DNA from: Fervidobacterium sp.
Lineage (GTDB): Bacteria; Thermotogota; Thermotogae; Thermotogales; Fervidobacteriaceae
Direction: 5' to 3'
NCBI GenBank assembly: GCA_049970055.1
Contig: JBMFNR010000004.1
Location: 71,647 to 135,646 of the forward strand
Length of the DNA stretch: 64,000 bases
Positions 27,007-38,004 of this stretch are shown in pieces. The notes under the pieces were generated by a model, which was given only the letters and a program-made list of their open reading frames with translations, searched no databases and was not told the origin of the DNA. Positions within the stretch are counted from its first letter, which is position 1. Every line of letters begins with the position of its first letter. Both the position numbers and the translations under genes were made by a program.

Positions 27007-28250
27007 CTGGAATGAACAGTAGGAGAAGGGTAGTTATTACAGGTATGGGTTTAGTTTCTCCGATTGGTAAAAAATTGGAGGAATTTGAGAGAAGTTTAAG
27101 GAATATGGAGATAGGTATAGACAAAATATCTTCTTTTGATGCATCTCATCTTCCTGTAAAAATTGCAGCCGAAGTTAAAGATTTCAATCCGGAAGATTAC
27201 ATTGAAAAAAAGTTGGTAAAGAGGCTTGACAGATATTCACAATTTGCATTAGCTGCCGCAAGGCAAGCTATTGAAATGAGTGGTGTGAGGTTTGAAGGTA
27301 TAGAGGACAGGGTTGGGGTACTTGTCTCATCTGGCATGGGGGGATTCATAACTTTAGCGGAACAAAATGAAGTTTTGAAACAAAAAGGTCCCGAAAGAGT
27401 TAGTCCATTCCTTATTCCAATGATACTTATAAACATGGCAAGTGGTATTGTAGCTATGGAGTACAATTTGAAAGGGCCAAATTTTGCACCTGTTAGTGCT
27501 TGTGCAACATCGATACATTCGGTAGCTCTTGGTGCAATGCTTATACGCCATGGCTACGCAGACGTTGTAATTGCCGGTGGATCTGAAGCAACAATTGCTG
27601 AACTTCCGATTGCTGGTTTTGCTTCAATGAGGGCACTCTCGACAAGAAATAACGAACCTAAGAAAGCATCCAGACCTTTCGACAAGGCAAGGGATGGCTT
27701 TGTGATGGGAGAAGGAGCGGGTATTTTGATTCTCGAGGCCGAGGACTTTGCAAAAAGTAGAGGTGCGAGAATTTTAGCTGAAATTAAGGGATATGCAATG
27801 AACGATGATGCTTACCATTTCAGCGCACCAGACCCACAAGCCAATGGATCAAGCAAAGCGATGATGATGGCAATACAAGACGCAGGTTTAAAACCGGATG
27901 ATATAGATTATGTCAACTGCCATGCGACAAGTACGCCGGCGGGTGATGAGGTAGAGTTGAAAGCTATTGAAAAAGTATTCGGAGAACACGCTAAAAAGTT
28001 GTACATTAACTCAACGAAGACATTAATGGGACACCTACTTGGTGCGGCAGGGGCAACCGAATTAATAGGTTCCATAATTCAAATGAATGGAAATTTCGTA
28101 CATGGAATGCCCAACCTTGAAGAGTTGGATGGCCCTGAATATTTGAATATTCCAAAACAAACCGCAAGTGCAACGATTAGGAACTTTGTAAAGAATTCAT
28201 TTGGATTTGGTGGGCATAACGCTTCTTTGGTGGTGGGTAAGTATGAGTAA
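27003..28250 (+). CDS. fabF: 3-oxoacyl-ACP synthase II
   Basis: SACAT, NCHATST, GHLLGA, NSFGFGGHN. Confidence 0.96.
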   Translation: MTGMNSRRRVVITGMGLVSPIGKKLEEFERSLRNMEIGIDKISSFDASHLPVKIAAEVKDFNPEDYIEKKLVKRLDRYSQFALAAARQAIEMSGVRFEGIEDRVGVLVSSGMGGFITLAEQNEVLKQKGPERVSPFLIPMILINMASGIVAMEYNLKGPNFAPVSACATSIHSVALGAMLIRHGYADVVIAGGSEATIAELPIAGFASMRALSTRNNEPKKASRPFDKARDGFVMGEGAGILILEAEDFAKSRGARILAEIKGYAMNDDAYHFSAPDPQANGSSKAMMMAIQDAGLKPDDIDYVNCHATSTPAGDEVELKAIEKVFGEHAKKLYINSTKTLMGHLLGAAGATELIGSIIQMNGNFVHGMPNLEELDGPEYLNIPKQTASATIRNFVKNSFGFGGHNASLVVGKYE

Positions 28251-28707
28251 CAGTGAATTAAAATTAACAAAAAACGACATAATGAATATTCTTCCACACA
28301 GGGACCCCATACTTCTTGTTGATGAAGTAATAGAAGTCGACCAAGATTATATTGTAGCGAAAAAGTACATAACAAATGATGAACCAGTATTGAAGGGACA
28401 TTTTCCTGATTACCCCATTTACCCGGGAGTCTACATCATTGAAGGGCTTGCGCAAACAGCTGGCATTTTGCTACTAAAGCAGATAAAAGAAAAAGTTATT
28501 CCATTGTTCCTGGGAATTGATGAAGCAAGGTTTAAGAAAGAAGTGAGACCTGAGTGTGAGTTAGTATACTCTGTAAAGATTTTGGAAAACAAAGGGCCAA
28601 TATCTATACTAGATGCAAAAGCGTTTGTAAATGGCCAAATTGTGGCAAAAGCTAAATTAATGGTAGGTGCAAAAAGTTTAAACGAAAGTGAAGGTGACGA
28701 TCGATGA
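28243..28707 (+). CDS. fabZ: 3-hydroxyacyl-ACP dehydratase
   Basis: LPHRDPILLVD, GHFPDYPIYPGV..EGLAQ. Confidence 0.95.
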   Translation: MSNSELKLTKNDIMNILPHRDPILLVDEVIEVDQDYIVAKKYITNDEPVLKGHFPDYPIYPGVYIIEGLAQTAGILLLKQIKEKVIPLFLGIDEARFKKEVRPECELVYSVKILENKGPISILDAKAFVNGQIVAKAKLMVGAKSLNESEGDDR

Positions 28708-29663
28708 AAAATAGAGTCTGCGAGCTTCTAGATATAGATTATCCTATTCTGATGGGCGGAATGTCTTGGGCAGGTACGCCAAAACTTGCAGCTGCTGTAT
28801 CGAATGCCGGAGGGCTTGGAATTATTGGTTCGGGGGCAATGAGAAAAGAACATTTAAAAGAAGCCATTGAGAAAATAAGAGAATTAACTGAAAAACCATT
28901 TGGTGTTAATATTATACTGGTTTCACCTTACGCTGATGAATTGATCGATTTAGTAATAGAAGAGAGAGTGCCTGTTGTAACATTCGGTGCAGGTAACCCT
29001 TCAAAATATATGCTAAGGTTAAAAGAAGTTGGAATAAAGGTTGTACCAGTAGTAGCATCTGATAATATGGCAAAGATGATGGAGAGAATAGGTGCGGACG
29101 CCGTAATCGCTGAGGGGATGGAATCGGGTGGACATATTGGAGAAGTAACTACTCTAGTGCTTGTAAATGCAGTTTGCCGAGCTGTAAGTATACCGGTTAT
29201 AGCGGCTGGTGGGATAGCTGATGGTAAGTCAATGGCTGCAATGTTTGCACTTGGAGCTGAGGGCGTACAGATGGGTACAAGGTTTATAGCCACTTACGAA
29301 GCAGATACACATGAGAATTTCAAAAAGTTAATACTTAAATCAGGAATAAGGGATACAGTAGTAACGGGTGCAGCATTAGGTCATCCCGCAAGGGTAATTG
29401 AAACGCGCTTTGCAAAAAAGGTCAAAGAACTCGAAGTCAAGAATTTGCAAGAAGCAGAAGAAATACTCGTAGGTAGTTTAAGAAAAGCTGTTGTGGATGG
29501 TAACATCGATGAGGGATCTTTCATGGCTGGGCAATGTGTTGGACTTATAAATGAAATAAAACACGTTGATGAGGTTATTGAGGATATAATCGAAGAGTTC
29601 AACGATACATTAGAAAAACTCAATAATGTGAGATTTGGATTAAGAGAAAGACAACAAATTTGA
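28704..29663 (+). CDS. fabK: Enoyl-ACP reductase II
   Basis: AVSNAGGLG, EGMESGGHIG, AAGGIADG, MAGQ; located in the fab cluster. Confidence 0.92.
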   Translation: MKNRVCELLDIDYPILMGGMSWAGTPKLAAAVSNAGGLGIIGSGAMRKEHLKEAIEKIRELTEKPFGVNIILVSPYADELIDLVIEERVPVVTFGAGNPSKYMLRLKEVGIKVVPVVASDNMAKMMERIGADAVIAEGMESGGHIGEVTTLVLVNAVCRAVSIPVIAAGGIADGKSMAAMFALGAEGVQMGTRFIATYEADTHENFKKLILKSGIRDTVVTGAALGHPARVIETRFAKKVKELEVKNLQEAEEILVGSLRKAVVDGNIDEGSFMAGQCVGLINEIKHVDEVIEDIIEEFNDTLEKLNNVRFGLRERQQI

Positions 29664-29693
29664 AAGCCTTTAAAATCCTTAGGGGGTGTTCGT

Positions 29694-30596
29694 ATGCCAA
29701 AAGCATTCATTTTTCCTGGACAGGGATCGCAATACAGTGGAATGGGGAGCGATTTTTCAAAATACCCATCTTGGGATGAATACGCGCAGAGAGCAAACGA
29801 AATTTTAGGGTTTGATTTAGTAGAAATCATGGACGGAGACGAAGAGATCCTGAAAATTACAGAAAATGCACAACCTGCGATTTTTTTAGCAAGTTATGTG
29901 GCATATGTTGAAGTTACAAAAATCGGACTTGAACCTGATTACGTTGCAGGTCACAGTCTTGGTGAGTATACAGCACTTGCTGTCGCTGGTGTTTACGATT
30001 TTGACACAGGGATATATTTGGTCCGAAAGCGTGGGGAATATATCTCTCAAGCAATGAGGCCTGGTGAAGGTAGTATGGCTGCTGTTGTTGGTATGCCCAT
30101 CGAAGAACTTGAGGAATACGTTAAGCAATACAGTGGACTTTACGTAGCAAATTATAATTCTTCCGAACAGAATGTTGTTAGTGGAAAAGCAGAGAGCATA
30201 AAGCAGTTCGTTTCCGATATGACAAAAAAAGGGTACAGAGTAATCGAATTAAAGGTTTCCGGTCCGTTCCACACACCTTTTTTAGATAGTGCACGTGAAA
30301 GAATGGCGAAAGAAGTAGAACATGTAAAATTCCGCGCGCCAAAGTATCCTATCGTTATGAATAGTGTAGCAAAAGAATTGACAGATCCGGAACAGATAAG
30401 GCATTATTTACTCGAACAAATCAGTGGACCAGTCTACTGGAAGCAATCCATAGATAGGATGCTCGAACTTGGTGTTGACGAGTTTATCGAGGTAGGTCCT
30501 AAAAATGTTCTAAGTTCAATGCTTAAAAAGGCAAGGCTTAATACAAAGCATTTCTCAGTACTTATAGCACAGGAGGTCGACAGGATTGAAGGATAG
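29694..30596 (+). CDS. fabD: Malonyl-CoA:ACP transacylase
   Basis: FPGQGSQ, GHSLGEY, SGPFH. Confidence 0.96.
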   Translation: MPKAFIFPGQGSQYSGMGSDFSKYPSWDEYAQRANEILGFDLVEIMDGDEEILKITENAQPAIFLASYVAYVEVTKIGLEPDYVAGHSLGEYTALAVAGVYDFDTGIYLVRKRGEYISQAMRPGEGSMAAVVGMPIEELEEYVKQYSGLYVANYNSSEQNVVSGKAESIKQFVSDMTKKGYRVIELKVSGPFHTPFLDSARERMAKEVEHVKFRAPKYPIVMNSVAKELTDPEQIRHYLLEQISGPVYWKQSIDRMLELGVDEFIEVGPKNVLSSMLKKARLNTKHFSVLIAQEVDRIEG

Positions 30597-31110
30597 GCGT
30601 TTGTCAAGGCTTGTTCTAATTCCACTTTTTACAGCGCTAACAGCCGTGGGTGCTCAGATTTCTATTCCTTTGGGGACCGTACCTGTAACTTTGCAGATGC
30701 TATTTGTATTCTTGGCTGGTTTCTTACTTAATCCATTTGATGCATTTTTATCCATGATTTTGTATTTGACACTTGGCATTGCAGGCATACCCGTCTTTGC
30801 AAATTTTTCGGCAGGATTTCAGCACCTTGTTGGACCTACAGCCGGATACTTGTGGGCTTTCCCAGTTGCGGCTTTTACAATTAGCTATCTTCGTAGGGTT
30901 AATTACTTTATTGCCGGAAGTGTAGGTTTGATAATTGTTTATTTGCTAGGATGGGGTGTTCTTGGCTTTTTTATCAAAGATTTTTCCAAAGCCTTCATTG
31001 TAGGAGTTTTACCTTTTATCGTCGTAGATTTTCTAAAAATGTTACTTTCGTGGTATGCTTCAAGAAAAGTTAAGAAAATATTGGGAGGAGTAGTAAATGA
31101 AGAAGCTTGA
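30586..31110 (+). CDS. bioY: Biotin ECF S-component
   Basis: VPVTLQ, GIPVFA, GPTAGYL, PFIVVDFLK. Confidence 0.9.
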   Translation: MKDRRLSRLVLIPLFTALTAVGAQISIPLGTVPVTLQMLFVFLAGFLLNPFDAFLSMILYLTLGIAGIPVFANFSAGFQHLVGPTAGYLWAFPVAAFTISYLRRVNYFIAGSVGLIIVYLLGWGVLGFFIKDFSKAFIVGVLPFIVVDFLKMLLSWYASRKVKKILGGVVNEEA

Positions 31111-31795
31111 AGGAAAGATATGTATAGTAACAGGGGCATCGGGTGGGATAGGAAAGGCAATAAAGAAAGAATTGGAAGAAGAAGGTTGTACAGTAATTGG
31201 CTTCAATTACGTCCCCGCTAATGAAGGTATTGAGTACATATTAGACATAACAGATAGGAAAGCAGTTGAAGAAGCAGTAAAAGATGTGGTGGCAAAGTAT
31301 GGCAGAATTGATATTTTGATAAACAATGCAGGTATAACTAGGGATAATCTTCTGTATCGAATGAGTTATGAAGATTGGGACGCAGTTATAAACACAAATC
31401 TCACAGGTGCTTTCAATATGATAAAGACTTGTATACGGGAAATTGTAAAAAACGAAGGCGTTATTATAAATGTCTCATCTATAGTTGGTTTGGAGGGTAA
31501 CATCGGTCAGGCAAACTATTCCGCATCGAAAGCAGGTCTAATTGGTTTAACCAAATCGTTAGCAAAAGAATTTGGTAGAAAAAACGTTAGAGTCAATGCG
31601 ATTGCACCAGGTTTTATAGAAACCCCTATGACTGAAAAACTACCTGATGAAGTAAAGAAGGCTGCAATCGAAAAGATCTCTATGCGTAGGTTTGGAAAAC
31701 CGGAAGAAGTTGCGAAGTTGGTAAGGTTTCTCGTAACCGATGGAACATACATAAATGGTCAAGTTATAGCCATCGATGGTGGAATGGAAATGTGA
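31097..31795 (+). CDS. fabG: 3-oxoacyl-ACP reductase
   Basis: TGASGGIG, NNAGITRD, YSASK. Confidence 0.93.
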   Translation: MKKLEGKICIVTGASGGIGKAIKKELEEEGCTVIGFNYVPANEGIEYILDITDRKAVEEAVKDVVAKYGRIDILINNAGITRDNLLYRMSYEDWDAVINTNLTGAFNMIKTCIREIVKNEGVIINVSSIVGLEGNIGQANYSASKAGLIGLTKSLAKEFGRKNVRVNAIAPGFIETPMTEKLPDEVKKAAIEKISMRRFGKPEEVAKLVRFLVTDGTYINGQVIAIDGGMEM

Positions 31796-31838
31796 AACTA
31801 AATTCTCCTCTCTGAAATCGAATAAACTTTAAAATTAA

Positions 31839-31869
31839 CCGTCAGATAAAGCATCTGACGGATTTTTTT
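31839..31869 (+). terminator. Intrinsic terminator of the fab operon
   Basis: ccgtcagat/atctgacgg followed by a T run. Confidence 0.85.
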
Positions 31870-32027
31870 GGTTTTTGAGAAAGTGCATGAAAATTTCTAT
31901 AGCATTTTGATAATGGCATATGCTTTTCACGTTCAATTAGTATTAATTCTGAATTCTTCTCGAGAAATAATTTTGTGAAAATAATGGGTCAAAGTAATTT
32001 GTTTATAGAATTTCACTCCCTCCAAGA

Positions 32028-32180
32028 CTAGAAGTGTATACATTGCGCTATATTAATTCCATTAACTTCAGCGTGCCTTACATTCTCCTTTGTACCATTC
32101 ACGATGTAATGTGAGATAAGCCCGGTAGATAAAAAGTAAGTCAGCAAGCTAAGTAAGATCGTTCTGCAAAGGATTGTCAT
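32028..32180 (-). pseudogene. 50-codon ORF, possibly a remnant of an exported alpha/beta hydrolase or a small membrane protein
   Basis: aaaggtga SD; MTILCRTILLSLLTYFLSTGLISHYIVNGTKENVRHAEVNGINIAQCIHF*. Confidence 0.4.
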
Positions 32181-32452
32181 TTTCTTCACCTTTCCTACGT
32201 AGCCCCGTTTTTATCCTCATTTTACCTGAACGATTTTAGTAGTATAATTATTTAGTATGCTATCCAATTCTATTACACCATTAATTAACAAAATTGAAAA
32301 AAACATTTATCACGAAGTGCATGCGAGAGAATAAAAAAGTATGATACAATTAATAAAGATATGCTCCTAAAAATTAACCCTGATAAATCTATAAAAGCAA
32401 ATTTTGAAGTACAAAATGCTTACCAAATCATCAAAAAAACGGAGGTGTAAGA

Positions 32453-35098
32453 ATGAGCAAAAAGTGGGTCTATTTCTTTGCTAACGGCAAAGCAGAAGGT
32501 ACCGCCCAGATGAAGGACATTCTTGGAGGTAAAGGTGCAAACCTCGCTGAAATGACAAATGCAGGTGTGCCAGTTCCCCCAGGCTTTACTATCTCTACAG
32601 AGGTTTGTAAGTATTACTATGATAACAACAGAACATACCCAGAGAATTTGAAAGAAGAAGTTGAAGCAGCTATGAAAAGACTAGAAGAAGTAACAGGTAA
32701 GGGCTTTGGTGATCCCAAGAAACCATTACTTGTGTCTGTAAGATCAGGTGCGGCCATTTCAATGCCTGGTATGATGGATACTATTTTGAACCTTGGCTTG
32801 AATGATGAAACGGTCAAAGGGCTTGTCGAAATGACAAGCAACGAAAGATTTGCATATGATTCATACAGAAGGTTTCTTCAAATGTTCGGAGATACAGCAC
32901 TTGGAATTCCTCACGGTGATTTTGAAAACGCTCTTTCTGAAATGAAAGCGAAGAAGGGTGTAAAACTTGATACAGAACTCGATGCGCAAGATCTTAAAAA
33001 GCTTGTGGAAGTTTACAAAGAAATATACAAAAAGCATGGAAAAGAATTTCCACAGGATGTTTACAAACAACTATGGGCAGCCATCGAAGCTGTTATTTGG
33101 TCATGGATGAGTGATAGAGCGATTAAGTACAGGGAAATTCATGGAATTAAAGAAGGGCAATTGCTTGGTACAGCAGTTAATATCGTTGCTATGGTCTTTG
33201 GAAACATGGGTGACGATAGCGGTACAGGTGTATGTTTCACAAGGGATCCAAACACTGGAGAAAAAGTCCACTATGGTGAATTTTTACCAAACGCTCAAGG
33301 TGAAGATGTTGTTGCAGGTATAAGAACGCCGTATCCACTTGAAAAGATGAGGGAATTGATACCTCAAGCGTATGAGGAACTCATTCAAATAATGGATAGA
33401 CTTGAAGCTTACTTCAAAGATATGCAAGATATAGAATTTACAGTTGAAAGAGGAAAACTGTACATACTCCAGACAAGAAACGCAAAGCGAACAAGTCAAG
33501 CAGCAATTAAAATAGCCGTTGATATGGTACATGAAGGACTTATTGATAAGAAGACAGCAGTTCTAAGGGTTCAGCCATCTGACATCGAAAGAGTACTTCA
33601 CCCAAAATTTGATGAAAATGAAAGAAAAAGTGCAAAAGTTATCGCGAAAGGTTTACCTGCATCGCCTGGTGCAGCAACAGGAAAGGTTTATTTTAATGCT
33701 CATAAAGCAGAGGCTGTTGCTCAAAATGGTGAAAAGGTACTCCTTGTTAGGCCAGAGACAAGCCCAGAAGACGTCGGTGGTATGAACGCAGCTGAGGGTA
33801 TTCTCACGGCACGCGGTGGTATGACATCACATGCAGCGGTTGTTGCAAGAGGTCTTGGAAAACCAGCGGTTGTTGGCGCGGAAAGTATATTCGTAGACGA
33901 GGAAGCAGGATATCTCAAAGTTGGAGATATTGTTGTCAAAGAAGGAGAATGGCTCTCAATAGATGGTACAACAGGAGAGGTATTCCTTGGCAATATAACA
34001 ACTGTGAAGCCAAGAGGCCTTGAAGGGTCAGTTGCGGAACTTCTTTCATGGGCGGACGAGTTTAGAAAACTAGGTGTAAGGGCTAATGCTGATGTCCCAA
34101 GAGATGCAAAAGTGGCAAGAGAGTTCGGTGCGGAAGGTATTGGTTTGTGCAGAACCGAGCATATGTTCTTTGAAAAGGACAGAATTCCAAAAGTCAGAAG
34201 AATGATCGTTGCAAGAACAGTTGAGGAAAGAGAAGCGGCTCTTGAGGAACTTCTCCCACTTCAAAAGGAAGATTTCAAAGGACTATTCAGAGAAATGAAG
34301 GGTTACCCAGTTACGATAAGACTTATTGATCCACCACTCCATGAATTCTTACCACAAGAAGAAGAGCAAATGTCAGAAGTTGCACAACAAATCGGTATAA
34401 CAGTTGATGAATTAAGAAAAGTAGTTGAACAGCTTCATGAACTTAACCCAATGCTTGGTCATAGGGGCGTAAGACTTGTTATCACATATCCAGAAATTGC
34501 AGTGATGCAGACGAAAGCAATCATACTTGCAGCCATTGAACTTAAGAAAGAGGAAGGTATAGAAGTAGTTCCTGAAATTATGATCCCACTTGTGGGGCAT
34601 GTTAATGAACTGAAATACATAAAGAAAGTTGTTACAGAAACAGCTGATGCTCTTATCAAGGAACATGGTGTCGATCTTAAGTATCTTGTTGGTACAATGA
34701 TCGAAGTTCCAAGGGCAGCTGTTACAGCAGAACAAATTGCGCAAGAAGCTGATTTCTTCAGCTTTGGTACAAACGACCTTACACAAATGACATTCGGATT
34801 CAGCCGTGACGATGTTGGTAAGTTCTTGCCAGAATACTTTGCAAAAGGTATACTTGAAGATGATCCATTTAAGCATGTCGATGTAGATGGCGTTGGTCAG
34901 CTTGTAAAGAGCGCAACAGAAAAGGGTAAGTCAGTCAAATCAAATCTCAAGTGTGGAGTATGCGGAGAACATGGTGGAGATCCAAAATCAATTATGTTCT
35001 TTGCGCAAACAAAACTTGACTATGTAAGTGCTTCACCATACAGAATTCCTGTTGCAAGACTGGCTGCAGCTCAAGCCAGCATTAAATACAGAAGCTAA
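32453..35098 (+). CDS. ppdK: Pyruvate, phosphate dikinase
   Basis: GGKGANLAEM, GGMTSHAAVVAR, GVCGEHGG. Confidence 0.98.
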   Translation: MSKKWVYFFANGKAEGTAQMKDILGGKGANLAEMTNAGVPVPPGFTISTEVCKYYYDNNRTYPENLKEEVEAAMKRLEEVTGKGFGDPKKPLLVSVRSGAAISMPGMMDTILNLGLNDETVKGLVEMTSNERFAYDSYRRFLQMFGDTALGIPHGDFENALSEMKAKKGVKLDTELDAQDLKKLVEVYKEIYKKHGKEFPQDVYKQLWAAIEAVIWSWMSDRAIKYREIHGIKEGQLLGTAVNIVAMVFGNMGDDSGTGVCFTRDPNTGEKVHYGEFLPNAQGEDVVAGIRTPYPLEKMRELIPQAYEELIQIMDRLEAYFKDMQDIEFTVERGKLYILQTRNAKRTSQAAIKIAVDMVHEGLIDKKTAVLRVQPSDIERVLHPKFDENERKSAKVIAKGLPASPGAATGKVYFNAHKAEAVAQNGEKVLLVRPETSPEDVGGMNAAEGILTARGGMTSHAAVVARGLGKPAVVGAESIFVDEEAGYLKVGDIVVKEGEWLSIDGTTGEVFLGNITTVKPRGLEGSVAELLSWADEFRKLGVRANADVPRDAKVAREFGAEGIGLCRTEHMFFEKDRIPKVRRMIVARTVEEREAALEELLPLQKEDFKGLFREMKGYPVTIRLIDPPLHEFLPQEEEQMSEVAQQIGITVDELRKVVEQLHELNPMLGHRGVRLVITYPEIAVMQTKAIILAAIELKKEEGIEVVPEIMIPLVGHVNELKYIKKVVTETADALIKEHGVDLKYLVGTMIEVPRAAVTAEQIAQEADFFSFGTNDLTQMTFGFSRDDVGKFLPEYFAKGILEDDPFKHVDVDGVGQLVKSATEKGKSVKSNLKCGVCGEHGGDPKSIMFFAQTKLDYVSASPYRIPVARLAAAQASIKYRS

Positions 35099-35111
35099 TA
35101 GCTTTTTCAGA

Positions 35112-35145
35112 AATTCGGGGCGCTTTTGCGCCCCGAATTATTGAT
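35112..35145 (+). terminator. Intrinsic terminator after ppdK
   Basis: aattcggggcgc/gcgccccgaatt. Confidence 0.8.
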
Positions 35146-35225
35146 TTTTATGACAAAATAGTGGGTAGATAGCTGAGGAGAAAGTAATAAGAAGGTAGTA
35201 AAAAGATATTAAGGAGGAAGAATGT

Positions 35226-35672
35226 ATGTTTACATTTATTCTCAGCATTATTGCTTCTATACTCTCTTATTTTTTAACATCAAATCACATTTATTTTTTG
35301 TTGATTCTAGTTGGCATATACTATTTAGTTAGAAAAAACACAAAGGCAGAAACCTTAGTATCCTTGAATTTGATACTTGTAAGCGCTATCTCGCTCTTAG
35401 GAAAGTTTAGACCGTACAGTTTGGCGGGCATGAATTTTATAATTTTTGGAGCGTTTTTATCCATTGTGTATGATTTGATAAAAGAATGGTATTCGCTAAT
35501 TCCAATGTTTTTATTAACTGGAATAGGAATAAGTTTGATTGCATCTGTTAAATACGGAAAAATTGGTATGTTTGTCGGACTTATTCTTATTCCAGTTTTG
35601 CTTCGTGAGTATTTCCTTCAAAAAAAGTTCAAAAATACTGAAAAGCCAGATCTTGGGGGCGCAAGGAAATGA
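35226..35672 (+). CDS. Hypothetical membrane protein
   Basis: aggagg SD; hydrophobic throughout; overlaps the glmU start. Confidence 0.75.
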   Translation: MFTFILSIIASILSYFLTSNHIYFLLILVGIYYLVRKNTKAETLVSLNLILVSAISLLGKFRPYSLAGMNFIIFGAFLSIVYDLIKEWYSLIPMFLLTGIGISLIASVKYGKIGMFVGLILIPVLLREYFLQKKFKNTEKPDLGGARK

Positions 35673-37027
35673 AGGTTTTAATTTTGGCGGCTGGACTTGG
35701 CAAACGCATGAAATCCAAATATCCAAAGGTTGTTCACGAAGTCCTCGGAAAACCTATGATAAATTGGGTGGTAGACCTTGGGAAGAATTTTGGAGAGGTT
35801 GGAGTCGTAGTAGGACACAAGGCAGATATTGTTAAAAAATACTTACCAAATGATGTTAAAGTGTACGTACAAGAACCCCAGTTAGGAACAGGACATGCTG
35901 TAATGTGTGCGAGAGAATTTATAGTTTCTGATGATGATTTGCTCATATTGTATGGCGATGTGCCACTGCTAAGTAAAGAAACGGTAGAAAAGTTGATAAG
36001 TGAGCATGAAAAAAATCGAAGTCAAGTAACCGTTTTAACATTCGTTACTGATAATCCAAATGGCTATGGAAGAATCGTAAGAAATCATGGAAAATTAAGA
36101 ATTGTTGAGGAAAAAGATGCAAGCGAAGAGGAAAGAAAAATCACAGAAGTCAATAGTGGTATCTACATATTCTCCGGAAAGTTCTTATTAGATAATTTAG
36201 ATAAATTGAGTAATGATAACGCGCAAAAGGAATACTATTTAACGGATCTCGTCGGTGTCGCAGAAACCGTTTCAACTGTTTTGTTGGATGATATAACAGA
36301 GGTTTTGGGAGTTAACGACAGAGTGCAACTTGCTTACCTCGAATCCATTGCAAAAAAGAAGGTACTTGAAAAACATATGCTTGCTGGCGTAACAATTGTT
36401 GACCCTTCATCGACATTCATAGGTCCGGATGTACAAATAGGTGTGGATACAATCATTCAGCCATTTACAATAATAGAAGGTAAAACAATTATCGGCGAAG
36501 ATTGTGAAATAGGTCCGTATACACACATCATTGATTCAGTAATAGCCAATAACGTTAAAGTACTTAGGTCTGAGGTTGAGAAATCAACGATTGAAAATAA
36601 TGTTTCCGTTGGTCCATTTTCAAGGTTAAGGGAAGGTACCGTTTTAAAGGAGAACGTTAAAATCGGGAACTTTGTTGAAACGAAGAAATCCTTAATAGGA
36701 AAGAATTCCAAAGCACAACATTTGACATACCTTGGTGATGCAATAGTTGGGGAAGACGTAAACGTAGGCGCTGGTACTATTACGTGTAATTATGATGGGT
36801 ACAGAAAGTACCCAACCTACATAGGTGATGGCGCGTTCATAGGTAGTAACTCTTCCTTAGTTGCACCTGTAAAAATAGGGAAAGGTGCGATTACAGGCGC
36901 AGGTTCTGTGATAACAGAAGATGTTCCGGATGACGCACTTGCTCTTGGAAGGGCTAGGCAAATAATAAAAGAAGGTTGGGCAAAGAAAAAAAGGGAGGAA
37001 ATGAAAAATGCAGATCACGAGAAATGA
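35669..37027 (+). CDS. glmU: Bifunctional GlcNAc-1-P uridyltransferase/acetyltransferase
   Basis: [18 protein letters not shown], hexapeptide repeats, GNFVETK, NYDG. Confidence 0.97.
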   Translation: MKVLILAAGLGKRMKSKYPKVVHEVLGKPMINWVVDLGKNFGEVGVVVGHKADIVKKYLPNDVKVYVQEPQLGTGHAVMCAREFIVSDDDLLILYGDVPLLSKETVEKLISEHEKNRSQVTVLTFVTDNPNGYGRIVRNHGKLRIVEEKDASEEERKITEVNSGIYIFSGKFLLDNLDKLSNDNAQKEYYLTDLVGVAETVSTVLLDDITEVLGVNDRVQLAYLESIAKKKVLEKHMLAGVTIVDPSSTFIGPDVQIGVDTIIQPFTIIEGKTIIGEDCEIGPYTHIIDSVIANNVKVLRSEVEKSTIENNVSVGPFSRLREGTVLKENVKIGNFVETKKSLIGKNSKAQHLTYLGDAIVGEDVNVGAGTITCNYDGYRKYPTYIGDGAFIGSNSSLVAPVKIGKGAITGAGSVITEDVPDDALALGRARQIIKEGWAKKKREEMKNADHEK

Positions 37028-37955
37028 AATGAAAATCTTCACGGGAAATGCAAACAGAGTGCTCGCAGAAAAAGTGGCGAGTTACATAGGTATAAGACTT
37101 GGTGATATAACTGTAGGCAGATTTGCAGATGGTGAGATAAATGTGAGAATAGAAGAAACCGTTCGAGGTCATGATGTATTTGTAATTCAACCAACTTGCC
37201 CACCTGTCAATGAAAATCTAATGGAACTCCTTGTTATGATAGATGCTTTCAAACGTGCCTCTGCAAATAGCGTTGCGGTGGTAATTCCTTATTATGGCTA
37301 TGCAAGACAAGATAGAAAAGCAAAAGGTAGGGATCCTATCACTGCAAAACTTGTTGCAAATTTACTCACAGTTGCAGGAGCCTCACGAATAATGACTGTT
37401 GATTTACATGCGGAACAAGTTCAAGGCTTTTTCGACATACCTGTTGATAATTTATGGAGTTTTCCGGTATTCCTTGATGAATTGAAAAAAGAAAATCTGT
37501 TGAATGACGATGTTGTAATCGTTTCACCAGATGTCGGCGGAGTCAAACGTGCAAGACAAATAGCAGAAAAAGTTGGACTTCCCCTTGCTATACTTGACAA
37601 AAGAAGACCGAAAGATAACGTTGCTGAAATACTTAATATCATCGGTGATGTGAAAGATAAAACGGCAATAATTGTCGATGATATAGTTGACACGGCAAGG
37701 TCATTAGTCGAAGGTGCGAACGCTATTAAAAATGCTGGGGCAAAGAAAGTTGTTGCATGCATAACCCATCCGGTGCTTTCTTCAGGCGCTGTTGAGAGAA
37801 TTGATAATTCCAGTATTGAAAAGATTTATATTAGTGATACAATATATCATCAGAGTCTTCCACAAAAGTTTAAGATTGTTTCGGTTGCACCATTGCTTGG
37901 TGAGGCAATAATAAGGGTGAGAAAGAATTTATCGGTGAGTATACTTTTTAAATAA
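37008..37955 (+). CDS. prs: Ribose-phosphate pyrophosphokinase
   Basis: [24 protein letters not shown]. Confidence 0.97.
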   Translation: MQITRNEMKIFTGNANRVLAEKVASYIGIRLGDITVGRFADGEINVRIEETVRGHDVFVIQPTCPPVNENLMELLVMIDAFKRASANSVAVVIPYYGYARQDRKAKGRDPITAKLVANLLTVAGASRIMTVDLHAEQVQGFFDIPVDNLWSFPVFLDELKKENLLNDDVVIVSPDVGGVKRARQIAEKVGLPLAILDKRRPKDNVAEILNIIGDVKDKTAIIVDDIVDTARSLVEGANAIKNAGAKKVVACITHPVLSSGAVERIDNSSIEKIYISDTIYHQSLPQKFKIVSVAPLLGEAIIRVRKNLSVSILFK

Positions 37956-38004
37956 TTAAAATTAAAATAAACCTCAAAAAATAGATTAGAAGGAGGAAAG
38001 TGAC

